A DNA stretch of 64,000 nt, taken from Haliotis rufescens. Lineage: Eukaryota. Below, in pieces: positions 37,001-52,000 of this stretch (positions are counted from its first letter, which is position 1; each line of letters begins with the position of its first letter). The translations under genes were made by a program, and so were the position numbers. The notes beneath the pieces were generated by a model that saw nothing but the letters and a program-made list of their open reading frames with translations, did not search any database and was not told the origin of the DNA. The stretch covers positions 3,720,001 to 3,784,000 of the forward strand of contig NW_025963890.1 in the NCBI RefSeq assembly GCF_023055435.1. Reading direction: 5' to 3'.

Positions 37001-40000
37001 TCAGCAGAGTGTTGTGGAGTTTGGGTAGAGCGGAGTTTGGGTGGTGTCAGCAGAGTGTTGTGGAGTTTGGGCAGAGCGGAGTTTGGGTGGTGTCAGCAGA
37101 GTGTTGTGGAGTTTGGGCAGAGCGGAGTTTGGGTGGTGTCAGCAGAGTGTTGTGGAGTTTGGGTAGAGCAGAGTTTGGGTGGTGTCAGCAGAGTGTTGTG
37201 GAGTTTGGGTAGAGCGGAGTTTGGGTTGTGGAGTTTGGGCAGAGCGGAGTTTGGGTGGTGTCAGCAGAGTGTTGTGGAGTTTGGGCAGAGCGGAGTTTGG
37301 GTGGTGTCAGCAGAGTGTTGTGGAGTTTGGGTGGAGCGGAGTTTGGGTGGTGCAGAGTTTGGGTGGTGAATTAATGCTTGGATGAAGTGGATACGGGACT
37401 TGAGAGGTGTGATGTTTGGTGAAGTAGAGAGGGGTCTGTGTTTGGGTGGCAACATTGCTGCCTGCCAAGGAACCAACAATCAAACACGTCCTGCATGTTG
37501 AACAACTAGCTCCTGGCCTAACCTGGCATGGCTTCTGCAAAGATACTTCCATGAAGGTTACAATCGACAGTATGTCACTATCAGGGATGACAAAACCCTG
37601 AAAACACTTCTCACGTTCATGCCGCAGTATTGTAATAGCAAGATGCAGTAATGGCACTTAACAACATCTTCCTTCCACCTCAATTCAACATAAAACCTGT
37701 GAAGATCTGGGGTAGAACAGGTCTTCAGCAACCCATGCTTGTCGTAACAGGCGACAAACGGAATCGGGTGGTCAGGTTCGCTGACTTGGTTAATACATGT
37801 CTTGTAATCCAATTGTGTGGATCGATGCTCATGATGTCAATCACTGGATTGTCTGGTGCAGACTCGATTTTTTACAGGCCACCGTCATATAGCTTGAATA
37901 TTGCTTAGTGCAGTGTTAAACAACAAACAAACAATTCAACATAAAACATTCTTTTCCATTTATCACATGAAATATGTTACATTTATTCATAATCCTTCAC
38001 CTGAATACATATCAAAGAAATTAAATGGTGCCTTTTAAGACCCCAAACACATAAAATATTATCACTTATATCACCACCTCAAATATTTAGTCAAGGAATG
38101 CAGCCTCCATCCAACAATCTTGAGTAAGAAAAGAGTCACAATGTCAAATGATTTGATAGTGATGGAATTGGGCGACACATCTACCGTGGTGGGTCTGTTG
38201 CCCAACTATCTGTGTACCTCATCCCTTGTGTGTCTGTAGTAACACACCCTAATGTTAGGCTGCATTCATGCACATCCTGCACCCGCTTGTATCACTAAGG
38301 CAACAACAGGTGCACAGTCCCTCGATTCTAGTAGACACCAGCTGCGCCTCGTGTAACCCTACGCCACTACACACTCCATGGTTGACACAAGGAGCCAACA
38401 GGAGTGTTAAGCATTTGTCAAAAGTTTCAAGCGTTTCATATTCCGTTTTCTATTCACATTTCTTCTTTTGTCACAAGATCCCATTATCAACACACAGACC
38501 GATGCCTCTTAAAGGGACTCTTCAGTCAATATAAAAACACTTCCAAGGACACAAAGCTCTCTATTTCAGCCTCACCTCAAAGACATCTTTGTGACATCCC
38601 AAGTACTTGTACTTACATCCTGAACACATATACACAGATTAATAGCTTTCTCCTTGTTCTGATTCTTATTTCTATGATGTCTTCCTCACTAGAACGTATA
38701 AATGCTTGAAGGCATTTACAATCTCTGATAATATAAGCTCAACTTACTCAGTGAAGTCCAGGCTAGAACATGCACGCTACATGCATTGACGCACCAGCAT
38801 GCGCACATGCGTGTGGCTATATAAGCGCAAAATCTTGAACGAGATGTAAAACCCCATTTCAGCTCATCACTGTATTTAGCACTGCTTTGATCACTAACTC
38901 AGTCATGTAAGTGCAAGACAAGCTAATGTGGAAGAAAACCCAAACTTGCGTACTACTTAGATGAACTCCTCGCAATCTTAATGAGTAATTGATGACTCTG
39001 CTATTCTTATGGGGTGTCCTCATGCAAGATGCAGCAACAGACGTCACCTCCTATCACAGACATTGGTCATCATCAAGGCGTGGCACATTTAAGGTTAATC
39101 ATCACCACTTTGACTGAAACTGAGGAGACCAAATTAATGAGGTCCTGACATTTTTTTCATGGGGATGTACAATAAAACTGAAGACGTAGTTGATGAGTGA
39201 ATTTCTATTTCTTCATTCTTAAATCTGATGTTCCAGTAGAGATGTTAGTACTTTATCAAGGAAGAATGTGACATTTCGGTACAAGCATCGTTACAGAAAT
39301 GTTGCACTGAAAGAAAAAAGAAGCTGATTGTTTGTTTGTTTGTTGTTTAACACCACACTCAGCAAAATTCCAGCTATATGACGGCGGTCTGTAAATAATC
39401 AAGGCTGGACCACACAATCCAGTGATTGACATCTTGAGCATCGATCCACACAATTGGGATCAATGACATGCATCAACCAAGTCAGCGAGCCTTACCAACC
39501 GATCCCGTTAGTTGCCTCTTACGACAAGCATAGTCGCCCAAGAAAGAAGTTGAGATATGTACGTCAACCCTCTCTTCCGAGATACAAACCCTTCTAAATG
39601 CCGCTTAAACATACTATATTTAGTGTTGAATTCTTGAAAAATGGTGCTTCAACAGTTACTAGACTAACGCTTAGTCTCTGAAAACATATGTTAAAAAGCC
39701 GATTCCACTTAAATTGAAAAGGAGCCCCCAGTAATGAAAGAGTCCTGTGGAAAAAACAAACTTGCTTCATTTAGTTCTATATCAATACAGTTAGGGCTGG
39801 GTTAGGGGGAAATCATTGAAATATGATATGGTTCAAGGACTGAACAGAGACTGCAACAGTAACCAGCAAAAATGCTTCAAGTGATCAGTCTCAATGTTTT
39901 TACGTTTACCGGGTACTTAAATACAAGTGGCCTTCCAAGTAAATGTGTTTCAGTGTTAAAGATGGCCCTCTCCTCATGCCATGATTACGTGTTCAAGATA

Positions 40001-43000
40001 CTGTGACGTTGTACAGTGCATTTCGTAAACAAACAACAGCTACTGGCCTATGGCGTCTAAATGACTTGGTTATTGATGAAACAGGTCCTCAATACATATT
40101 CATTTCTGAACGGCTTCCATTGACACACAGATTTTCAAACACACATATATGGAAATTATTATTTGTGGTACAAACGGCTTCAGCCATCATTTTGTGTTGT
40201 AAAGGACTTCAGTTAGACTAAAATCTAGTCTCTGAAATGAACATATCGTACATAAAAAAACAGTTGTTTAGTTATCTTAATAAAAATATAATAAAAAGGA
40301 GCCCAGTGACTCTCTTCATTCCTGATACTGCAGTGATCTAGACTTGCCAAACATTATAGACTTGCATGGGCTGTATTTGATATATATTTGTATCAGGGTC
40401 TGTAAGACAGACTAGACTTCAGTCATCAGTTTGTGTTTTAAAGGACTTTAGAAAACTATTTGATAATACATTTTTATTAATAGCATGTTAGTGAGGAAAT
40501 GCATTCACAAGCAGTGATACATTAGATTCCCTTCTTGAAGAGTGTAAAGAAACTGTTGATGCAGTTTTCACAGTGCGATCAAACATCAGTAAAGTATGTC
40601 TACAATGCCACCTTTCATTACCGAATTCAATAACATGACAACCTCCCCCCCTATCCCCACGTGCCACAGACCTGTTCTCTGTTTAAGTGAACAAGTGCAC
40701 ACCAAATGCTGCCTTCTTATATCAGCTGAATAGCCATTCAAAACGGGAGTCAAACTTCAAAAGCGCTGAAAACCTCAAATCTAGGGGGTGAATACTTGAT
40801 TCATTATGACTTATGAATGGGAACTACTACTTCTGATAAACATTTCTCAAATCTACCCAATATCCCGTCCTGTTCATCGTTGGTTCATTCTTTCATTAGT
40901 GAGTGAGTCAGTGAGTCAGTGAGTGAAGTTTATTTTTGCTTAAAACAATATTTCAGTATAAATAGCATGGCCTATCAGCTTAGTGTGGGAAGAAAGCTTA
41001 CAGTGATGATGTCTTTGATTTTTACCTTCAAACCTTCAAGCACAGGTATGGAGCTGACAGACCACAAAGAATAATCAGGGTGAACACGGGATTCAAACCC
41101 AAAATCATAGGATTCAATAACTCACTACGGGATGCAACCTTGCACAGCATATTGTGGCACCTTGACGACTTGGCCACCCATGACCCCTTCCCAGGTGAGT
41201 CAGTCAGTGACTAGGAATATAACCGCCGTAACAGTAGTGCAGTCATATCACAACATATGTCAGATTGATGAGTGAGGAAAGAAATGGCTAAGATAACAAA
41301 ATATGGTATGATCCTACCAGGCCAATGGTCACAATTGACTCGAACCTTGGATCAGTAGATTTCAACCTACAACCAGCAGATCCTGGCATCCAAGGGAAGC
41401 AACTCTGTATCTTTTGTCCTTTGGACCCCCCAAACACTACCTCTGGAATGTCCTATATCAATATTATACTTGGCACAATTCTGGGATACTGAACTTCTTT
41501 TTTAAAATCTTGTACATAATGAAAACAAGTGTCCCATCACTGCAGGCTAAACAACTTCTTGACATATAACACTTCCCATCGGTGCATTTTTAAAAGGATT
41601 CTATGTCATGAAAACTGTCTTTGTCCACCTCCTTCAACAGCCATTGTTATGGAAATTATTTCCAACGTTATCCTGTCTGAACACACACTGTGGGATGACA
41701 TTAACTATACAAGCAGTTTATAGGCAAGTATCATCTTACAAGTCATGGAAGGTGGGCAGACGTGCTTCCTGCCTGAATCATGATTCAGGGGAAAATTGTG
41801 AAACGATTAATCACATATGATAAGGCCTATCTGTTATCTTTTACAACGGTTTTATTACCATAATGTTGAAGATTCTGGTTATTTTAAACACGTAAACAGC
41901 ATAATGAAATCTGTACAATCAAAATTGGATCACAAGAGATGCTTGAATTTTCAAAATTCTTTTAAGTATAGATCAGTAGAAAAGCTGATACAATAGGCAA
42001 AAAATGCAATTTTGAAAAGAATCCTGTCTCACAGGGGGAGCCTATTCTACACTGCATGGCCATAAACTTACAGACAAATTGTACAGTAAATCTCAAACTC
42101 AACAAATATCGTTCAAGACAATTTTCTTGATTGTCCTGACAGAATCCAATTGACTGTGGGAGATATTGGCAATCTGTTTGTCTCAAACAACAGACACTTC
42201 TAACTGACAAATATGTGATGATGTTCTTGACTTCCTGTTAATGAGCTTTCACTGTTATTGGTGTCCAACATGAAAAGGCTTGAAACCTTCTTCTTAAATT
42301 GTTTTCTACCTTCAAGTTCTAAACAGCTCCAATTGACATCTTCTGTCATAAATCAGACATCAAATGCTTAAGGTGACCATGCCCCATACTGCGGATCATC
42401 AAGGATCCCCAGTGCTTCAAGTGAAACATTCACCGTAATTGGAGTCTATCAAAAACAGACTTGAAAATTCTTTCTGCTTGAATTGTTTTTAACCTGTTTC
42501 TAGTGGGCGTGTATGGTTTTTTGTCGCTTTTAGCAATTTTTCATCAATATAAGGGCGGGGGACACCAGAAATGGGCTTCACACATTGTACCCATGTACAA
42601 ACCCGGGTCTTTGGCGTGATGAGTGAACAACGCTTTAACAACCCCACAACCCCTAACCTGTTAAGCTCCAAATAACATTCACTGACCTACAATCGAAAAT
42701 AAGAGACCACATGCTTAAACTGAGCATCTGACCATTGAGGTCGCCAGGATTTTGAATTGATAAGGTATCACTGTTATAAGTATCTATCATAAACAGGCTT
42801 GAAAACTTCTTCTGCTTTAAACATTGTTTTTAATAGCTGCAAAAAACATCTACTGACCAACAGTCTAAAATCAGAGACCATATCGACCCTTCTGACCATC
42901 GAGGGTTGCCAGGACTTAAGGTTATAGGTGTCTAACATAAACAGGCTTGAAAACTTCATCTGCTGTTTCCACCTTGAAGATGGAAACAGTTTGAAGCTAC

Positions 43001-46000
43001 GTAGCCACTACTGAACCTCATCTTTCAAATGATCATTCCTCCTGACCAGTGAGACGTCAAACACAAAAGACTTATTGTCATCCCCCAGTAAACAGAGGCA
43101 CACCTCTCTACATTACATGAACCAACAGCATTGTCAACACCTAATACGCAGAATCATTCGAGTCCGTCAAGCTAGCACAACAACATACGCTGTTATCTTC
43201 CCTGTAAACAACAACATGGAGGGAGCCCCATAAACCTGCCTTCACTCAAACTTCCTGTTCCAAATATGTTAACATGACAGGTAGGATTTAGGCTTAAACT
43301 CAGGAAATACACCTTGGCTTGTCTTTTGTTTCTAAAGGTAAATCTCTTTTCAAATATTGGCCGAGTTTTTCTTTGAAAGTGGACACTGTCAGAAAATACA
43401 AATGGCTGCAACACAGTCGTGTGTTTGGTGGGTTGAGTGTTTGTAAAGGTTGCAATGTCAAGTCTAAAAAAGAACTGCCATGAAATGAGTGTACGGGTTT
43501 CTTAACAGCACTGATTGAATTGAAGCTAAACCCTGGGGGACTGCTGTTACACAATAGGTGCAGTTGTGTGCATGCGTACCTCTGATCCTTCAAAACTATT
43601 TCTTTGTGAGTTGACAGGTATTAAAAGTGGTGAACAAACGATCTATTGGCATAGGTGTGTTTGATTACTGACTTCAAGGAATTCACATAAACCACATAAA
43701 CCCACATCATAAAATCAAAGTCAGTGCATTTGGTGTTTTGCATCTCCAGGAGAACCTCACTTATTTAAACCTTTAACTCAAATTATCATTTGATGTCCTG
43801 TCAGATTCCCTATCTGCACAATGGTCTGATATGAGCACTCTGCTAAGCTAAACTATGAACTCGATCTGCTTAGCTCAACTTTGAACAACTCAACCTGCTT
43901 AATTAAACTAAGATAAAATTGATCGGCTAAAGTAAACTATGAACTCCATTTGCTTAGATCAACTATGAACACAACCTGTTTAATTAAACTATTAACAATT
44001 GATCTGCAAAGCTAAACTATGAACTCGATATGCTTAGCTCAACTCATAATGAACAAATCAACCTGCACAATTAAACTATGGACAATTGATCTGCTAAGCT
44101 AAACTGCGAACTCGACCTGCTTAGCTCAACTATTAACTCAATCTGCTTAGCTCAACTATGAACCACTCGACCTGCTTAGCTAAACTATGAACCACTCGAC
44201 CTGCTTAGCTAAACTATGAACCACTCGACCTGCTTAGCTAAACTATGAACCACTCGACCTGCTTAGCTTAAACTATAAACCACTCGACCTGCTTATCTCT
44301 ATAAAACTAGTTACATTCATTTTCCTTAATTCTATTACAATTAGATAACTATTCTTTTAGCTTCATATTGATAGCTATTGATATAGTATAAGTTAACTAC
44401 AATCACAAGTTCTTTTGCTTCGCATCTTGTGTGAATGCAAACCACCTAAATAACCAAACAAAAGTAATGTCAAATTGAGAAATGAACATTAAAAATAAAA
44501 CTGTCACACAATGCCTCTAAAAGCAATGAAGAAAAATATAAAACCATATATATCTTTACTTATCAATTGATCTTAACATGTAAGTACAATAATGTCCTCA
44601 GAACATCTACATCCTCAAGACAGATTATGCAATCTAAAATATATTTGTTGTCAATGTTTTATCTCGTCACGATATGGCTGAAATATTGCCGATGTGACGT
44701 TAAATCTTAATTCACTCACTCACTCAAGACAGAAAATGTATTCCAAGCATAACTATTTCATTCTTGAACTGATCGAAGGAAGTTGATTTTACCACAAAGA
44801 CACGAGTCCATGCGATGAAACAGTCATATTCACTAAACACCAGTCACCTTCATCATCAAGGTCAACCAACACTAGGAGACATAAACACCAAACTTCAAAA
44901 GAGACAGAGCCAAAGGTATTAGAGCCAAAAGGGTGGCAAGGTCATGTGATCCTGTCATGCTTCATCAGATGACAATCATATCAATAGCAACATATGCTGA
45001 AATATCTTCTTCCAAACTTGCTACTCACTAAGTGACTCAAACAGTGCGATTAATCCTATAAACTAAACACATTTGGGACAAATCCCAAACCAGCATTAAA
45101 CTGAAATGATTTCACCATTACACCAACTGAACCTGTTTTGTTAATAATCAAATCAGGAGCGCTCCAGGACAATATTTATGATCAAGATTTCAAATAATTT
45201 CCTCCTGTGTTGGGACTGTGGTATGGCTATGATCAGCTCGGAGCATTATTTCTCATTTCGATGATTCACTCGAGTTCTAATGGGCCCATAAACCATGAGA
45301 TGGACCTCAAGCAAGAGGTATAATGTATGGTAACAGTAACGAACTTGCACTTCCCAAGGACCCTAATTTTCTACGATCTTTTCCAACAGCTCTTTTTTTT
45401 CGTAAAAAATGTCAAGGTTTATAAGATTTCTACGAAGGCCTCGAGGAAAAGTATATTTACAAAAAGCTTTAGTTCTATTTACACGAATTTCCTTGACTTT
45501 GGTGATGAATGTCAAAGTTGATGAACTCATTTCCATGACTTGAAATTGAAGATGGCTGACAAATTCAAATGGTATCCATCACTCCATTTTTCGTCCATTT
45601 AATTGATAAGTAAATTTACAATCAGTATGAAAAAGATACACTGCATATTAACTTTTACCAAATAATAAATTCATATTGAGAGTTCTGATTGAATATACCT
45701 GCATCAATTAATGTCAACATAATAGTTTTCACCATCAGATGTATTTTTAGCCCTAACCCATAATCAATATTTTCACATCACATCACATCACATCACATCA
45801 CATCAACAAAATGACTATCAATAACAATCCTTGCCAGAAATGATTTTCAAAAGAACCTTAGCCACAATCTTTATCCTAGTCCATTTTTCATTGCCCTTCT
45901 TATTTGAAGCACAGGGCCACCATGCAGACGGCAACTGCTGCACAAAACACATGCGTAGCTGCAACCGACGTATCTGTATGTGGCCACAGAAATCCACACT

Positions 46001-49000
46001 ATCTGTGAGATTGCAGGGTGGTAGGAAATCTGTTCCATTTACTCAGTGTAAAGTTCACTTGACATGAAGGGCAGGTTGATCCAGGAGTGTTCACTTCTTT
46101 GTTGCCCGGGTTACACAGTCCACTCAACCTGCTACTCTGAGGCATAGTATAATTAGTCCTACTTTTGTTTGGTTTTACATTTTTCAATTGGTTTTTCCAT
46201 TTGTATATCTGGTTCATGTGTTACACCATTTGACTCAGAATTGTTTGCAGTTATAAATCTTCAACCTGCGCAGTTGACAGTCAACAACATAGTGTAGTAT
46301 TGATGTAAATAAATTTGCAGCAAACATTTACTTTTCATCAAAAATCATATTTTCAGCCTGTGGAGAATGGAAATAGTTCAGTGAGAGGCTGAGTTGGGTT
46401 GAGTGTGACTTAAATTACATCGTGGTATGTGAGTTTACTGTGGGAGAAAAACACAAAGTGAGGTAGATATAAGATGTTCACAACTGTTGTGAAAGCTACA
46501 AGCACCAGGATGGTGCTGACAAACAAAGAATCTCATCAGATTGAAATATGGGATTCGAACCCTTGATTCAACTACAAAGGGGCACAACTCTGCACAAAAG
46601 GGACACAACTCTGCACAACAACTACACTTACTTTCCAAGGGGGTTGACACTGGCCTCTATAGATCTCAGGTACTTGCATGCTTTGATGTTGTCAGGGACG
46701 TCAATGATACCTGCAAGAACAAAGAAATCATGTAGACTGAGGGCCTAATGCATCAGACACAACCACACATCCAAAGTCTACAGAGTCATGTTATATCCTT
46801 GATCAGTCTTTCCTTAGGATTTCAGCTTATCCATATTCAATTACACACTTTAGGCCAGGACAATTGTACAACCTTGTTTTACAGACTGTATTTTACAAAA
46901 AGAGGCAGAGAGCAAAAACATACTGGCAGGTTGAAGCGAGTCTATTTTCCCTAAAGCAACTCTGAAAATAATGTCATAACAAAGATGCAGAAACAGATAA
47001 ATGTTTTCAGACATTTTGTTATCTTTATTGATTTATTTGTGTTTTGGCAATATGAAGGGTAAGTTTTTTTGTAAAACAAGGAATTGAACTGATCTGGCCC
47101 CATCAACAAGGAAATATACAATTTTCTTGTCAATACTATCAGTAAGTGAGTTGAACCGTATTTCAATCAGATCAAGGCATCTCAGCTTGGTACTGGAGGA
47201 AAGCCCAAAGTGATGCAGGTCTCAGACATTTACCACTTTGGTGAAACCCACAAGCACGGGTATGGTGCTGACAAACCTAAAAATGAGATTTGAACCCATG
47301 ATCATAGGTTTCCGGTGTGCCAAAGGGACACAACTCTGCACATCGGCTTAGCCGACTGAGCAACCTGTGCCCCCAGTTCACTTATGAGGTTACTTTATCA
47401 GTAAGACATCTGAAGTTCCTAAGCTGTTGCTCACACACCGTATTCCATTGCTTACCAATCTATCAAAAACTATATAGCTTCTAATACCACATGTGAATAA
47501 AACTCATTTAGATTTATAACCATAAAATGGTGATTTATTATCCAACCATTAGTCCAACAATCCCTCACAACGCTCTCAAATCAAAACGCAATAAAGATAT
47601 CAACATCTAATCTGCACTTATATCCACCACCTTATGATCGAAAAGAATGCTGAGTCGTGGAAATGTGCATCTTATCTCTGACATCCTAAGCTCTAGACTG
47701 CGAAGAACATTATTGATTGGAATTAAGATTTCACAACCCAGGGGTTTAAATAAACATCACTGGCACTGTGCCAACATGACCGGGCTACAAACAAATTGAT
47801 ACTGTGGATTAATCAACATGTTTATTATTCCTGGAGATGATTCTTGTAATCATATATATCTTAATAAGAATATAAATACATTTTGACAAATGTCAGAGGT
47901 GTACAATTTGGTTGAACAATTTAAGATCATTTTAGATCATTTTAGATCATATCTACATATCTTTTTTAGTGCAGGTTTCTTAATGTACTTTTTATCTTGT
48001 GTTTGTTGCCAGATTGCCAAAGTAGATTATTGAAAGAGTTTCCCTTTTGATAAGAGGAGAAACAAATTAGGAAATTTAGTTAGACATACAAAGAATGTGC
48101 TGAAACATCAACATTGGCTTCGAAATTCAAGATTTTTAGAAAAGCATTTTAAAAGATTCCAGAAAAGAAGTACACACTGATTATGATATAGCGACTCCTT
48201 GTTTTCAAACTGTTACCCTTTGAACACAAGACATATAGAAGACTGTGGTTTATTCCTTAATTTAAGAAGAGTGAGTTACAAAACTTCATATCAGCTTTGT
48301 TTCAGACACTTAATGATGACAACAATTTATGGAATTAAAAAAAACAATACACCAAGGTCATCATTAAAAGCAATCTGTCCAAGATATTTTAGCACAGCAA
48401 TAATTCTCAATTTAAGGATGTACCGTATTTGCTATATTAAGTACCCCAGTCCAAGAAGTATTTCCTGATCAACTCCTAGACCAATCTGTGAGTAATCCTT
48501 AAAAACAGATCGCACAAAGCCTGAAATTTTACACAACAGTCCTTATTTGTGAATATCATAGATTTCTTTACAGAACACACAGCAGTGTAGAATTACTTGA
48601 CTTGTGTAGGGTTTAAAAATGCCCCCCATTGTCAAACCACAATTTTTATCTTGCAGATCAACAGCCCCTACAAAAATGTCAATTAAAAAGTGGTCAAATG
48701 TAACAAATGTAATATTTGATATTACACTTTTTTAGTAAAGTACAAATTCTAGTACTGGGTTGAGTTCCATCTTTCGCATCTTAATTTTCTGTGAAAGTTG
48801 AAAAAATCCTTACATTCTTTGAGTGTTTCATCTGCTTTAAAAGCGTTTGAGTGTTCATCAGACTCTTGTGAGGTCCCCAGTAATGCCCTTACATTAACTC
48901 ATCAATAACTAAACCATGTTCGATACTTAAGTGATTAGGGCTTACAAAACAACTTGACCTTCCATAGTATCTCAAAATGTCAACCCCATGAAAGCAATCA

Positions 49001-52000
49001 GACAAAAGTCTGGCTCATTATAAAATGGCAGCCTAAGATTGAGACGATTCACCAGCATCTACACCGTTCTACAGCGCCATCTACTGTCAATAACTGCTGT
49101 GCACAAAGTCAATACAACCGCACCTCACTCCGCAAAGATCAAAGTGAAGTGCGAGTCATCATGTTCGGACGTAAATGTCGCCACATCCTCAACACCCTGT
49201 CAGTGGAGCCATGTTTTCCACCGTTGTACACGCCCCTGACTTAGACCCACTTTTAGGATTTGGGAAACTTTGACTGATTCTTAGTACAAGACGCTGTGCA
49301 CAGGAAAAGTTGAGTGATGGCGACAGTTGGAATGTTTTTTGTGATCACTACACACACCTGATTAATATAGATTAATTTGGAGAAACTTAGATGGTTAATT
49401 TGAACATCTCAAGAAATGACAAAAAGAAACTTTTGGGGGAACCAAAAAATCAAGGAGACATTTTGTCAAACTTTCTTGTACATATATATCATTTCAGTAA
49501 GTGTCTCAAAAGTTAAAAAAGAAAAAAAAAGAAAACGAGAGTTTCTCTGACAATGAAATAATGATTCCTCCACAATTTCAGTTTTTCAAATCCCAGTTAC
49601 ATCGCTTTCATATGTTAGTTTCTCCAAAAAAAACTGAAGTGAACAATTAAAAACACACAACGCAGTTGATAGAATTGCACTTGAACTGTACCAGAATTAT
49701 TCAAAGCATTCAAGAAATCTGTCCGTAATGGAAAACATCCCTTCCTCGCCCATCATCACCGCTTCAGCAAACTCAACAGGCCAAGCCATCCGGACAACAC
49801 CACTTAGGTACTCCAGCTCAACTCTGTCAGGCCCAATACTGTATTAGGCATGACAAACATTCAGATCACATTTTTTAAATATTGTAGCTGATGAAATACT
49901 TGAATATCCTAAATATGTGAAGCATCTAATTATTTAATTACAACATGAAAATAATGAAAACTTCACATGCAAAGGCTATGTTTGTGTGTCATGTAAATAA
50001 AGGACACTTGATTTATTATTGTTAAAATATGTAATATGTCGTATGGAAAACATGGTCTCATGAGATGAGTTCCAGGGCAGGATCCATCAAGCTCAGTTAA
50101 CCTTCTGATTGTTATCAACAGGTCACCAGCAGGTGCACTAATTACTGCAAGGTTGTGGTACTAGTGTAACATACTTATTTCATGAATATTTCATTGATAT
50201 TAACTGATTAAGATGGACAACATACAGGATAATGATGACAGTATATGTCAATCAATTTGCCAATTTGTCATGGTTCTAGGGATCAATATTAATTACAATG
50301 TTCAGCTTCTTTTTTTCTGTGGTAATCAATCATTAATCTCTCGTTATTCATTAATGATTTTTTTTTGTAGTGAAATTACAGTATTTAAGCCTGGGGTTTA
50401 TGAGAATATCTCTTATTTTCTTTAATGGTCTGGTGGGTGTTTTGTCAGGATTTGTCGTTTGTTTCTACTTTTTAACAAGTAATGTTGATAGTTTTTGATG
50501 ATATTGTTCCCTGGTAAAGCTTATAATAAAGCACCATGATCAGGCACTAATACATGTATACTCATGGCATGAAAAATAGGAACAGCAAATGAGGAACACG
50601 TGTTTCACATGAAATTTTGAGTAGCCCAAAGATAACCAGAGCTTGATTGATAATGGAATACATTTCAATCAGTGACATGTCTTGTTTAGGGAAGATATTA
50701 TTTCTTGTGAGTTAGTCTTTTTTCTGTGAAAAATTGGTCGACAGGTGGGAATTTTAAAATAATGACAGGATTTTTTCTTTTGTTCTTTAAAATGTGAATA
50801 TGTTGTCGTGTGTGCAGTGTTAGCTCAGCGTGTTGTGTTATCTAACCTGTGTGTGACCTACTGTTTTACAGTTTATCCTATTGTGTGTACAAATGTTTTG
50901 TGGTGAACACAGAAGCTTGCATTCGGCTAAATAAAACAAATTTATTTATTTTTCGCCTTTTTAAAAGATCAGCGTAACCTGGAAACTTATAAAACCAAAC
51001 GATTTTGCCTAAGAATACTTTTCAAGAGAATACAAATTAAAATGCCCTTTAGTGTTCCTCACATCACAAACTCATCCTACTTGGTATTCTTTCTTATGCT
51101 GTGTAGGCTGAGACAATGTTGATATGAGAACCATTTCCAAGTTTTAGTAGGTGAGGTGAGATGAAATGGAGCTCACTTTCAAGATTATTGTGCCTATTTT
51201 GCATTGTGCATGCATGTGTGCATGTGTGTGTGTTTGTACTAGCCCGGACAAATGCTGGTTTTATAATGCTAGCCCACTGAGATACCATGCCACAGTTTAG
51301 CTTGCAGATCCCACTCTGACACACTGTACAGACTCCATGCTAACTCCAGGCAGGGTAACAACAATTACCATCTTTTGGATATAACATGGCCGGGGACCGA
51401 ACCATCGACATTCCGCTTCCTGGAGCTCTATCCACTTGTCCACGGTGGTGCCAAGAGTAAGTATCTGCTGTGTTTTCCTTATCTGCGGCTGATTTGGTTT
51501 TCACAGACATTTACATTTACACCCCAAGTCAATCTACAATCCCTCATGTGAGAACTCAAAGAAAGTAGAACCAGCGAAGCAGTCCTGTAGCCTGCTACTT
51601 GTCCTACTTACCCAACTTCCCTTTACCATTACAGGGTACTTGCTATGACTTACCATTTTTACTGAAGTCCAGTTCCTCTAGGCTGGCAAGGCTGGAGATG
51701 GCAGGAGGAATACTCTTGATCTCATTGTCACTGATACTCAGCTTCCGCAGGCCGTGGCAGTAAAAGAGTTCCTGGAAGTCACAACAGAGGCGTTATAAAC
51801 TATATCAACCCACTGTTATCAGAGCTTCACAATGGAAGCATTATAAACAATATCAACCCACTTTTATCTGAGCTCCTGGACGTCACGACAGAAGCGTCAT
51901 AAACAATATCAACCCACTTTTATCAGAGCTCCTGGATGTCACAACAGAAGCGTTATAAACAATATCAACCCACTTTTATCAGAGCTCCTGAACGTCACAA

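Noticed and set aside
32952-37385. Long Trp/Gly/Val-rich ORFs up to 531 aa
   Set aside because: Same periodic peptide in all three frames; produced by a stop-poor 46-bp satellite, non-ATG starts, antisense within an intron.
42260-42965. Three decayed direct repeats (aggcttgaaaacttcttct) with a faint LRR-like translation
   Set aside because: Stops and frameshifts, no splice signals, motif match too weak to call.
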